Origin: Alphaproteobacteria bacterium
GTDB lineage: Bacteria; Pseudomonadota; Alphaproteobacteria; SP197
Length of the DNA stretch: 64,000 nucleotides
Assembly: GCA_964291265.2 (NCBI GenBank)
Contig: OZ219747.1
Span: 1,344,001-1,408,000 of the forward strand
Reading direction: 5' to 3'
Position numbers and translations under genes: made by a program
In this document: positions 31,422 to 40,840 of the stretch, in pieces
Position numbering within the stretch: position 1 is the first letter of the stretch
Layout of the letters: every line of letters begins with the position of its first letter
The notes under the pieces: generated by a model
The model's input: only the letters and a program-made list of their open reading frames with translations
The model's database searches: none
Told to the model about the DNA's origin: nothing

Positions 31422-32264
31422 GTGTGCTGGGCAGCGCCCAGATCAGGTGGGTTCAAGTCCCACTGGCGCTCGGGTAAGGGGCGCCATATCCAAAAGCGGG
31501 GGTCATTCCTCGCTGGCCGGGGTGAGCGAATAAGCGACGCCCTAAACGGGCACGAAGTTGGAAACGACGGACACTGCCAAGGGAAGAGCTAAGTTGGTTG
31601 ACTGTCGAGAGACAACCGGAGGGCAGGGTGTCCACCGTGAGGTGGAATCTGAAGGGCTTGCGGAGAAGTACCGGGCCGTAATCGAGGGGGCGACCCCATG
31701 ATGAATCGGTCGGCCAAAGACGGGGCAAGGTCGAGCCGGCACTATGGCGGCGAAGGCGTTCTTACTCACCCGTCGCACCAAGGTGTTTGCGAACGGCACG
31801 GTACGGAAGATCTGGACGTGACTCCAGGAGGGCTCGTCGTGTTCCCGGGTGGCACCGGGATAACGGCCCCTATAAGCCGAGAGGCGAAGTGGGAAAGGAT
31901 GCACGGCGAGCAATCGGACAACCGAATAGTACCACAAGCCCGGTGAAAGCCGGGTGACCGCGCGAGCGGCGACCGGGTGGGTCGGGGAAGGCGGTTGGCA
32001 GAGGTGGTTGGTGAGAGACGGTGAAGGAGCGAGTAAGGATCATGACGCGGACAAGTTCCATGAGCGAAAGACCCGGACGTCATGGGCCGAGGAGACTGGT
32101 TCACTGGCTCAACCTGACGGGAGAAAGGAAGGTCCACTCACTGGTGGGATCGCTTGATCTCACTGGTCCCTTCCCTGAACCTTCGAAGAGACCCCCCTGT
32201 GAAAGCGGCTTACGGGAAAACCGTACGGGCCGTTTGAGCGGCGGACGGAGGCCAGCCCTGCGGG
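31422..32264 (+). ncRNA. Nested ORF-deleted group II intron of a different type, lacking its 3' end
   Basis: 5' GTGTGCTGG; domain 5-like AAAGCGGCTTACGGGAAAACCGTACGGGCCGTTT at ~32202-32235; absent from the sister intron at 55320-55331. CCCCAT and ACTATGG are complementary to the host site ATGGGG and CCGTAG. Confidence 0.75.
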
Positions 32265-32381
32265 CCGGTGAAGGCGGCGAACAAGGGAGCGTCAGCTTCT
32301 GCGGAGTCGCCGGAGGAAAGGGCCTCAACCAAGGGGAATCCGGGACGCCAAAGCACGCACCGAACGCAGTGTCGGGCAAGT

Positions 32382-33713
32382 GTGCCACAGGCGGCGGACC
32401 GGATACGGGAAGCTGCAGAGAGGAACCCGAAGGAGCGTCTCACTGCACTCTTCCATCACATTACGCCGGATGCGCTCCGGGCGGCCTACTTCGGTTTGAA
32501 GAAGGAAGCCTCGGCAGGTGTCGACGGCGTGACGTGGGCGGCGTATGGCGAGGGTCTGGACGAGCGCTTGCTTGATCTGCACTCGCGCCTGCATCGTGGG
32601 GGAGCGTACCGGGCGCCGCCGGTTCGGCGGGTTGAGATACCCAAGCCGGACGGCGGGGCACGACCGCTCGGGATTGCCGCACTGGAGGACAAGATCGTTC
32701 AGAAGGCGGTTGTGGATGTGATCCTGACACCGATTTATGAGGTGGAGTTCCTTGGCTTCAGCTACGGGTTCCGACCGGGCCGAGGGGCGCATGACGCTCT
32801 CGACGCCCTGGCGTTCGAGATCGAGCGGCGCAAGGTCAACTGGATAGTCGACGCGGACATTCAGGGGTACTTCGACACAATCCCGAGGGATTGGTTGATC
32901 AAGTTCCTGGAGCATCGCATTGGCGACAGGCGGGTGATCCGTCTGATCCGCAAGTGGCTGAACGCTGGCGTCATGACCGACGGATCATGGAGCGATACCG
33001 GTGCGGGCACGCCTCAGGGTGCCATTGTCAGCCCCTGCCTGGCGAACGTGTTTCTGCACTACGTGCTCGATCTGTGGTTTCACAAGGCATGGCGTCCGAA
33101 GGTTCCGAACGGTGAAGCGATCATTGTCCGCTACGCGGACGATATTGTGGTCGGGTTCCAGCACAAGCGGGATGCGGAGACATACCTTCGCGACGTTCGG
33201 GAGAGGCTGGACCGCTTTGGTCTCACCCTTTACCCGGACAAGACCCGTCTCGTCGAGTTTGGCCGGTTTGCCAAGGCGAACCGGCGATCTCGCGGGGCGG
33301 GCAGGCCGGAGACGTTCGACTTCCTGGGCTTCACGCACTTCTGCACGGAGACCCGGAGAGGACGCTTCAGGCTTGGTCGCAAGCCGGTCGCAAAACGGGT
33401 CGCAAGGACCCTGGCGCGCATCGAGGAGGTGCTTCGCAATCGACGGCATCACGACATATGGGAGGTCGGCATGTGGCTTGGGCGGGTCTGTCATGGCTGG
33501 TTCAACTACTTCGCCGTCCCGGGGTCGACCCGATGGCTGCGCACGTTCCGCCACAGGCTGCAACGCCTATGGCTGCGAGCGATCCGCCGCCGCTCCCAGC
33601 GCCACCGTTTTGACTGGAAGCGACTGGAGCGCATGACCGAGCTTCTTTGGCCGCGCGTCTCCATCCGCCACCCATGGCCGATCCAGCGGTTTACCGTCAA
33701 GCACCCGAGGTAG
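32382..33713 (+). CDS. ltrA: Group II intron reverse transcriptase/maturase, no endonuclease domain
   Basis: AGVDGVT, IPKPDG..RPLGIAALEDKIVQ, SYGFRPGR, GTPQG and YADD, followed by the X domain. The stop is immediately before domain 5; the start codon is uncertain. Confidence 0.93.
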   Translation: MPQAADRIREAAERNPKERLTALFHHITPDALRAAYFGLKKEASAGVDGVTWAAYGEGLDERLLDLHSRLHRGGAYRAPPVRRVEIPKPDGGARPLGIAALEDKIVQKAVVDVILTPIYEVEFLGFSYGFRPGRGAHDALDALAFEIERRKVNWIVDADIQGYFDTIPRDWLIKFLEHRIGDRRVIRLIRKWLNAGVMTDGSWSDTGAGTPQGAIVSPCLANVFLHYVLDLWFHKAWRPKVPNGEAIIVRYADDIVVGFQHKRDAETYLRDVRERLDRFGLTLYPDKTRLVEFGRFAKANRRSRGAGRPETFDFLGFTHFCTETRRGRFRLGRKPVAKRVARTLARIEEVLRNRRHHDIWEVGMWLGRVCHGWFNYFAVPGSTRWLRTFRHRLQRLWLRAIRRRSQRHRFDWKRLERMTELLWPRVSIRHPWPIQRFTVKHPR

Positions 33714-34579
33714 GAGCCGGATGGATTAACGTCCAAGTCCGGATCTGTGCGGGGGGTGCGCAGTAATGCGCATCCCTACCGCGACGATGATCTCTGCGAC
33801 ATGATCGAGGAAGCTCTCGAAGCGCCGGGCGGTGCGCCTGCCCATGGCGGCGATGGTGGCGGTTGAGATCCTGACGGCGAAGAGGTCGCTCATGACCTCG
33901 GCGACGCGCTTCTCGGGAATGAACTGGGCGTGCAACAGGTAGGTCACCCAGGCGGTGATGCGCGGCCCGTACTGGACCGGGGCGCTCACGCCGTGCGGGA
34001 AGGCGGCTGTTGTCACGGCGCCGCAGGCGGCGCAGAGACAGCGATGGGCGCGATGTTCGGTGACCTCGAGGGGCTGCGGCTCGGGCATGTCGAAGACCTG
34101 CCGACAGACGGGTTCTGCGTGACGGTCATCATCCGACAGCGCCGCGCCGCAGCCCTTACAGGCAGACGGAGCATGATCGACGACGTGGTCCGGGTTCTCG
34201 GCCTGCTTCAGGGTGACTCCCTCGTGGCCGCGCTGACCGCCACTGGGCCTGTCGGACTTGCCGCGCTGGCTCCGGGTGCGCTTCTGTCGGTTTCCGCTCT
34301 TCTTCTTCGGACCGTCGCTGGCCGGTGGCTTGGAGCTGGTGGAGCTGTCGAGCGCGGCGCTGCGCTCGAGTGCATCAATCCGTTCGCGCAAGCCGGTGTT
34401 CTCCCGCTCCAGCGCCTCGATCTCCCCGACCAGCGTCTCACTCAGGCGCAACATCCCCTGGCCCCAATCCCGGAGGGCCTTGACGGCAGTCACGGCGAAG
34501 GGGTGTGGACTGAACAGGTCCTGAAGGCCCACGAAGGCCTCGTCCTGGGCGGCGATGTCCTCGCGCCAGCGCGAGACGG

Positions 34580-35248
34580 TCACGAACCCTCCCCGGCCTC
34601 GACGGCCATGATCGCCGCCAGCACGGCCAGACGTTCCCCCGGCGGCATGGCCTCGTAGCGCCGCCCCCAGTTGGCCGCCTTGCGCTTGATGCACTGGCGG
34701 GCGGTGAAGTTCCGCCCCGCGTAGCGCGACCAGTGCACCCGGTCGGGAGCAAAGTTGAACCATACCACCTCGGTCCGCACCTGGGCCTGGGTCGTCACCT
34801 GTAGCGCCACCCGGCGCCAGCCCGCCAGAAGATCGTCATAGAGCGCAGACGGGTGGCCCGAGACCATCACCTGACAGGGCAGGCCCTTGAGCAGTTCAAG
34901 GAGCGCAACATGGTCCGCCTCCTCGTACTCGAAGCGGTAGCGCCGCGACGAACGCCGCGTCGCGTGCAGATAGGGCGGATCGCTGTAGACCAGCTCCGGA
35001 CCCAGAAACGGGAACGAAGCCAGGAAGGAGTGAGCACAGCCGTGCACCAACTCCACCGGATAAGCGCACTCAAAGGCCTCAAGCGCACGCTCATCACGGT
35101 CAATCCCGATCGAGCGCACAGACGCAGCCTTGCGCTTCATCAGCGCTCCGCCCCCCAGATGGCTCTCAATGTAGACAGAGTGCGGCGGCATCAGCGCAAT
35201 CAGCGCCTGGCACAAACCCGGCGTCGCCTTCGATCCGAAATACCCCAA
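34580..35248 (-). CDS. Dam-like N6-adenine DNA methyltransferase
   Basis: YFGSK, YIESHLGGG (motif I variant) and YSDPPY; GTGA overlap with the transposase start. Confidence 0.85.
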   Translation of the reverse strand: MGYFGSKATPGLCQALIALMPPHSVYIESHLGGGALMKRKAASVRSIGIDRDERALEAFECAYPVELVHGCAHSFLASFPFLGPELVYSDPPYLHATRRSSRRYRFEYEEADHVALLELLKGLPCQVMVSGHPSALYDDLLAGWRRVALQVTTQAQVRTEVVWFNFAPDRVHWSRYAGRNFTARQCIKRKAANWGRRYEAMPPGERLAVLAAIMAVEAGEGS

Positions 35249-35980
35249 CGGCCGCTCCCCTCATGACAAAGAGCAACTCATAGACTCACCGGCCTAGTAA
35301 GTCAAGACGCGCAGAATCAACAAACCGACGACACCAAAACCGCACCCAACGCAACCAACGTCAACACAGACTCAGACCTGACGAGGTACCTGGGTAGTTA
35401 CGAACATCCTGAAGCTCAGCGAAGAGGTACGGGAAACCAGCGCTGAGGCGCTCGCAAAGGTCTGGTCCTGGCGCGCTAGACGACGTCAGCTCACCGTCCT
35501 GCCGGTACCAGCGAGGAACGCCGCCCCGTCTTCTTCGAACAGCGCCGCCCGGCCAGGGTGGGGGCGTGGAGGAAGTGCTGCCGGACCATCAGTTCGTTCC
35601 GCTGCGCCCGTTCGGCATCCCCGCGCACCGGCACATCCCGCAGCTTATCACCGCCTGGCCGAGCCGGCGGGTCTGTACATGCCGCCGGAGAACGGAAGGC
35701 GCTGGCAATCCCTCGGACTTGCCCTGCGGATGCGAGCGGTGTCAGGGCCGCGACACGGCTTGATGCCCGCTCCCGTGCGCGTCATGCATGTCGAAATGCC
35801 GGCAGGCTTACCCCGCCAGGCGATTTCGGCTAGCATGGCTGCTCTCGGCCACGACCGACTTGCAGCCGTTGGGTCTGGCCCCCGAGGATACGCTTGATCG
35901 GGATGTGCGCTTCCATGGATGGGCGTGTGCACCCTGCGGCATGAGATGTTCAGCACGATTTGTGACCGAGGGGCAGGCCC

Positions 35981-36859
35981 ATGCCACTGAATTACCTTGA
36001 TCGATCCGCCGACCCCGAGGCCATCAAGGCGGCTCTCAGCCGCGACGGCGTGGTGGCCGTGGTGAACCTGGTCGACGAAGACCTGGCCGACAGGGTGGCC
36101 GCGGAACTGCGGCCCGAACTCGATGCCAGGGGTCTCGAGACGGCCAGCGCCTTCAATGGTGACCTGACCAACCGCTACGGCGGTGTGTTACGGACGGCAC
36201 CAAGCGCGGCCGCGCTGGTCGAGCATGACCTCGTGATCGACATCGCGAACCACGTCTTCCTGCCCCATGCCGCGACATACCGGATCAGCAGCCTGACGGC
36301 GATCGAGATCATGCCCGGAGAAACGCACCAGGCGCTCCATCGCGACGACACGGTCTATCCGATCGACATCGCCGGCATGGAAATGACCCTGGGCGTGATG
36401 TGGTCCCTCTGCGACTTCACCGAAGAGAACGGCGGCACGCGGGTGGTCCCCAACAGCCATCGCCTGCTGCGCTCATGGCACCTTCCGGATGTATCGAAGT
36501 GGGAGGCCACGGTCATGCCGAAGGGCTCGGCCGTCTTCTACCTGGGGTCGACCTGGCACGGTGGCGGCGCCAACCGAAGCAGCACGCCACGCCTCGGGCT
36601 GGTCAACAGCTACTGCCTGGGATGGCTGCGTCCGGAGGTCAACCAGTACCTGATCACGCCGCCCGAGGTGGCGGCGCAGTACAGCCCCCGCGTGCGCGCG
36701 CTGCTGGGTTACATGGTTCACGACTCGGGCGACGACCTGTGCGGCAGCTATCGCGGCGACTGCTCGGCCTGGGTCGACACGCCGCCTGATCCGGCGTGGA
36801 ACAACGCGCGTGGCACGGTGGGCACGATGGAGGACGCGAGGGCGCAGGGCGGAGGCTGA
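35981..36859 (+). CDS. Phytanoyl-CoA dioxygenase (PhyH) family Fe/2OG oxygenase
   Basis: QALHRDD (HxD), DFTEENGGTRVVPNSH and WHGGGANRS..PR. Confidence 0.88.
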   Translation: MPLNYLDRSADPEAIKAALSRDGVVAVVNLVDEDLADRVAAELRPELDARGLETASAFNGDLTNRYGGVLRTAPSAAALVEHDLVIDIANHVFLPHAATYRISSLTAIEIMPGETHQALHRDDTVYPIDIAGMEMTLGVMWSLCDFTEENGGTRVVPNSHRLLRSWHLPDVSKWEATVMPKGSAVFYLGSTWHGGGANRSSTPRLGLVNSYCLGWLRPEVNQYLITPPEVAAQYSPRVRALLGYMVHDSGDDLCGSYRGDCSAWVDTPPDPAWNNARGTVGTMEDARAQGGG

Positions 36860-36921
36860 CCTGGACGATCACGCCGACTATGATGACCCGTTGATGTCAA
36901 CAACCGAATGGGGAGGTTCTT

Positions 36922-38088
36922 GTGACATTGAATCCACTGATGGAAACGACCCGTTTCCACGACCTGCTGTGCGAAGGCAAGCTGACGAGGCGTGACGCCC
37001 ACCGTGTCATGGCATCCTTCGGTATCGGCTCGCTGACAGCGCACACCCTGGGAGGCAATGCGCTCGCTCAGGACATCGACGAGGACCACCCGATTTTCTT
37101 CACCTGGGGCGGCTATGACGAACCGGAGTTCATGGTCCACTACACCGCGAAGTACGGCCGCGAGCCGAATTACCACCTCTTCGCATCCGAAGACGAGGCC
37201 TTCGCCAAGATGTGGGGCGGCTTCGAACCGCACGTGACCTACCCGTGCGGTCCCTCGCTCAAGCTCTGGTACGACGCGGGCCTCCTAGCGCCGATCGAGA
37301 CCGACCGGCTTTCGAACTGGCCCGACGTCATGCAGGTCTTCAAGGATGTGCCCCACTCGGTGGTGGACGGCGTGCGGGTCTATGTGCCGGAGGACTGGGG
37401 TCAGACCTCGATGGTCATCCGCACCGACATCGCACCGGAATACGCTGATCCCGAGGACCAGACATGGCTGGCGCTGTGGGACGAGAAGTACTCCGGCCGC
37501 CTCTCGATCTCCAACCACTCCTACGAGGCCTTCGCCATCGCGGCCCTCGTCCTGGGTATCAGCCCCTGGAACATGAACGAGGCCGAACGCATCCAGTGCG
37601 AGGATCTCCTGCGCGGGCAGATGCCGCTCAACCGCGGCCTCGAGTCCTCATCCACGGAGCGTAGTCAGGCGGTGGCGGCGGGTGAACTCGTGATATCGAC
37701 GAACGACAACGGGATCGTTGCGCAACTCGCAGCGCACGCCGAAGACACCCCGATGGAGTTCACCTGGACCACGCCCAGGGAGGGTGCACTGACGTGGCAT
37801 TGCGGCCTGTGCATCCATCCCGCCGCGATCAGGGACGGTTTCTACGAGAAGGCGCACGAGATCATCGACTCCTTCATTTCGCCCGAAGCCGGGGCCTACG
37901 AGATCGGCAACTGGTACTACGGGCACTCTAACGTGAAATCCTACGAGGGGTTCGACGAGGAATTCCTCAACTCGATCGGTCAGACCAGGCACGTCGAGAA
38001 GTTCCTCGCCACCGCCCAGTTCCAGCAGACGATGAACGAGCCCGAAGTGCTTGCCAACCGCTGGGAAGAACTGAAGGCCGGGTTCTGA
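36922..38088 (+). CDS. PotD/PotF-like ABC substrate-binding protein with Tat-like signal
   Basis: LTRRDAHR leader, FTWGGY, VPEDWG, LWDEKYSGR and PREGALTW. Confidence 0.8.
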   Translation: MTLNPLMETTRFHDLLCEGKLTRRDAHRVMASFGIGSLTAHTLGGNALAQDIDEDHPIFFTWGGYDEPEFMVHYTAKYGREPNYHLFASEDEAFAKMWGGFEPHVTYPCGPSLKLWYDAGLLAPIETDRLSNWPDVMQVFKDVPHSVVDGVRVYVPEDWGQTSMVIRTDIAPEYADPEDQTWLALWDEKYSGRLSISNHSYEAFAIAALVLGISPWNMNEAERIQCEDLLRGQMPLNRGLESSSTERSQAVAAGELVISTNDNGIVAQLAAHAEDTPMEFTWTTPREGALTWHCGLCIHPAAIRDGFYEKAHEIIDSFISPEAGAYEIGNWYYGHSNVKSYEGFDEEFLNSIGQTRHVEKFLATAQFQQTMNEPEVLANRWEELKAGF

Positions 38089-38116
38089 GCCGCTCGTTCA
38101 TCTGACGATGGCCTCG

Positions 38117-38141
38117 GGCCCGGCATCGGCAATGCCGGGCC
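38117..38141 (+). terminator. Hairpin after the substrate-binding protein gene
   Basis: GGCCCGGCAT-cggca-ATGCCGGGCC; weak U-tract. Confidence 0.5.
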
Positions 38142-38893
38142 TGTTGCTCCCTCACACGGACAGGGACATGGCCGGCTCTTGTCGTTCGGCGTTGAGATGT
38201 CTCCGCGACCGGTTCAACTGACGTCGATCACGGCATCGTTGCCATGCCGTTCGAGAACGACGGGGAGGACGGGTCCCCATCATCGCGCCACCGGGGCGTG
38301 GCGAGGAGTGTTCGCTTGGCCTGATCGAACCCCCTTGGACGTGCCTTGTATCGGTGCAGCATGGACCACATGGGCACGGTCGAGTCGAGACTCGGATCCG
38401 CCATGGCATGGGATTTGACACATCTGAGTCGGAGTGCGCAGGGTGACCGGCCGACGTTCGGGCCGGGAACTGGTCACGCCTGTCCGACGCCGGGCGATTC
38501 CGCGACGCCTTGCCCTTGTTCGCTTAAGGACCTCGAGGCGTGTTGGTCCGACACCCGGGAGCATGTCCGCGTCCCCGGGAACTTCATGGCCGCTGAGCGA
38601 GCACGACCCGATGTCTTAGCGCTGCACGGACCGGCGAATCGAGGAGTGTGCCGGTCGCGGTGACCGGACATCGGCACTGACCGCGTTGTTGAAAGTTGTT
38701 GTTCGTCATCGCGCTTAGATGGTGATATCGCCGCCGTCGAGGAGTCTGTCGGCGAGAACGGTAAGCCGCCACTCGATCGTTCAAGCCCGGGCGGAGTCTT
38801 GCTGGATCTGTTTTCGCTATCGTGCGCCCTCCGCGGCAGCCATGGCACGAGCAGGGGTCGATTCCTGAGAGCCGACGTCCGGTAGGTGGGTGA

Positions 38894-38981
38894 TGGCGGA
38901 GGGGACGGGATTCGAACCCGTGAGGGCTTTCGCCCAACACGCTTTCCAGGCGTGCGCCTTAGACCGCTCGGCCACCCCTCC
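38894..38981 (-). tRNA. tRNA-Ser (GGA)
   Basis: GGAGGGG/CCCCTCC acceptor stem, anticodon arm CACGC-CTGGAAA-GCGTG, long variable arm, TTCGAAT and encoded CCA. Confidence 0.96.
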
Positions 38982-39034
38982 GTCTCGGCAGACAGCGGTG
39001 AACCTAGCGACTGCAGCGGATGCCGACAAGAGGT

Positions 39035-40837
39035 TCAGTCGGCGAGCTTGAGGGCGGCGAGAAAGGCGTCCTGGGGAATCTCGACATTGCCGAACTGGCG
39101 CATCCGCTTCTTTCCCCTCTTCTGGCGGTCAAGCAGCTTGCGCTTGCGGCTGACGTCGCCGCCATAGCACTTCGCCAGCACATCCTTGCGCAGGGCCGAG
39201 AGGGTCTCGCGGGCAATGATCCTGCCGCCGATGGCAGCCTGGATCGGCACCTTGAAGAGCTGCCGCGGGATGGCATCCTTGAGTTTTTCGCAGATCACGC
39301 GGCCACGGGCCTCGGCCCGGCTGCGTTCCGCGATGAGGCTCAGTCCGTCGACCTGCTCACCGTTGACGAGGATGTCGATGCGCACGAGGTCGCCCTCGAG
39401 ATAGCCGTCGAGATGGTAGTCGAAACTCGCATAGCCGCTCGACACGGACTTGAGGCGGTCATGGAAGTCGAAGACGACCTCGGCGAGAGGCAGGCGGTAG
39501 ATCACCATCGCCCGGCCTCCGACATAGGTCAGATCGACTTGTTCGCCGCGTCTGGAGGTGACGAGACGCAGCACCGCGCCAAGATAGGTGTCCGGGACCA
39601 TGATGGTGGCCCGGATCCACGGCTCCTCGATGGTCTCGATCAGTGTCGGATCGGGAAGATCCGCCGGGTTGTGGAGATCGAAGGCCTCCCCTGTCTTGCG
39701 CGTCACCCGGTAGACGACACTGGGGGCCGTGGCCAGGAGGTCCAGTCCGAACTCGCGCTCGAGCCTCTCCTGGATGATCTCGAGGTGCAGGACGCCGAGA
39801 AAGCCGCAGCGGAATCCGAACCCCAGGGCGGCCGAGTTTTCGGGCTCGAAGTGGAAGCTTGCGTCGTTGAGTCCCAGTTTGCCGAGACTCTCGCGCAGTT
39901 CGTTGTAGTCGCCGGAATCGCTGGTGAAGAGACCGCAGAAGACAACCGGCACGCTCGGTGCGAAACCCTCGAGCGCGGTGGCCGTGGGATGGCGGTCATC
40001 GGTGATCGTGTCACCGATCCGGCACTCGGCGATATCCTTGATGGCGGCGGTGATGAAGCCGATCTCCCCGGGACCGAGAGAGTCGACGAGGACGGCCTTG
40101 GGCGTCATGATTCCCACCCGGTCGACCTCGCGCACCGCGCCCGTCCCCAGCATCCTGATTTTCTGGCGTTTCTCGAGATGGCCGTCGAAGACGCGCACGA
40201 GGATGACGACACCGAGATAGGGGTCGTACCAGGAATCCACCAGGAGGGCCTTGAGAGGCCGATCCTCTCCGCCGCTCACCGGCGGCGGCAGGTGGGCGAT
40301 GATGGCCCGGATAACCTCCGGCACATTGGTTCCGGTCTTGGCGGAGACAGGAATGGCGTTCGAGGCGTCGATGCCGATCGAACTCTCCACGTCACGCCGG
40401 GTTCGTTCCGTGTCAGCGGCGATGAGATCGGTCTTGTTGATGACGGGGAGGATCTCGAGGTCCGCCTCGATTGCCAGGTAGGCATTGGCAACCGTCTGTG
40501 CCTCGACTCCCTGCGTGGCGTCGACGATGAGGACGGCGCCCTCACAGGCACGCATGCTGCGGCTGACCTCGTAGGTGAAGTCGACATGGCCAGGGGTATC
40601 GATGAGATTGATGAGCCAGGATTCTCCGTTGTCATCGTCCCAGGTGAGGCGGACCGTCTGAGCCTTGATGGTGATGCCGCGTTCCCTCTCGAGATCCATG
40701 GCGTCGAGGACCTGGCCACGCATTTCACGCTCGTCGAGGCCGCCACAGGCTTCGATCAGGCGATCGGCCAGTGTCGACTTTCCATGATCGATGTGGGCGA
40801 TGATCGCGACATTACGGATGTGGTCGAATGTCACCAT
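39035..40837 (-). CDS. lepA: Translation elongation factor 4
   Basis: [24 protein letters not shown] and [11 protein letters not shown]. Confidence 0.97.
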   Translation of the reverse strand: MVTFDHIRNVAIIAHIDHGKSTLADRLIEACGGLDEREMRGQVLDAMDLERERGITIKAQTVRLTWDDDNGESWLINLIDTPGHVDFTYEVSRSMRACEGAVLIVDATQGVEAQTVANAYLAIEADLEILPVINKTDLIAADTERTRRDVESSIGIDASNAIPVSAKTGTNVPEVIRAIIAHLPPPVSGGEDRPLKALLVDSWYDPYLGVVILVRVFDGHLEKRQKIRMLGTGAVREVDRVGIMTPKAVLVDSLGPGEIGFITAAIKDIAECRIGDTITDDRHPTATALEGFAPSVPVVFCGLFTSDSGDYNELRESLGKLGLNDASFHFEPENSAALGFGFRCGFLGVLHLEIIQERLEREFGLDLLATAPSVVYRVTRKTGEAFDLHNPADLPDPTLIETIEEPWIRATIMVPDTYLGAVLRLVTSRRGEQVDLTYVGGRAMVIYRLPLAEVVFDFHDRLKSVSSGYASFDYHLDGYLEGDLVRIDILVNGEQVDGLSLIAERSRAEARGRVICEKLKDAIPRQLFKVPIQAAIGGRIIARETLSALRKDVLAKCYGGDVSRKRKLLDRQKRGKKRMRQFGNVEIPQDAFLAALKLAD

Positions 40838-40840
40838 GGA

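Larger units (their letters stand above)
31030..33785 (+). ncRNA. Group II intron with RT/maturase ORF (outer member of a hetero-twintron)
   Basis: 5' GTGTGCC; domain 5 GAGCCGGATGGATTAACGTCCAAGTCCGGATC; 3' CCCTACCGCGAC. EBS1 CGTACC (31216-31221) pairs with GGTGCG and EBS2 AAGCA (31188-31192) pairs with TGCTT. Confidence 0.92.
30286..34583 (-). pseudogene. IS66 transposase split by an antisense group II intron (34583-33786 + 31029-30286)
   Basis: Joining the parts gives in-frame HVAEII|RTQAPVKHLDETG. Also DSSTSSKPPASD, CNAHHLREL and NNQAEQDFRMSK..QKISGGFRS. Confidence 0.9.
30205..35401 (-). mobile_element. IS66-family element carrying a DNA methyltransferase passenger
   Basis: IRs GTAACTGCCCAGGT (30205) and GTAACTACCCAGGT (35401, minus) enclose the MTase and the transposase; no TSD visible. 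Confidence 0.85.

Noticed and set aside
32268-33713. RT as a retron, DGR or CRISPR-associated RT
   Set aside because: It is embedded in a complete group II intron with domains 5/6 and clean exon junctions; no msr/msd, TR/VR pair or cas genes are present.
34580-35248. Type II restriction-modification system
   Set aside because: There is no adjacent endonuclease gene; the MTase is an IS passenger.
38150-38890. Short ORFs between the binding-protein gene and the tRNA (also 35402-35980 and 57630-58000)
   Set aside because: No recognisable motifs or consistent coding signal; left unannotated.
16154-38894. Integrase-mobilised island at tRNA-Ser
   Set aside because: No integrase was found and I could not see a duplicated tRNA 3' end by eye; the position is suggestive only.
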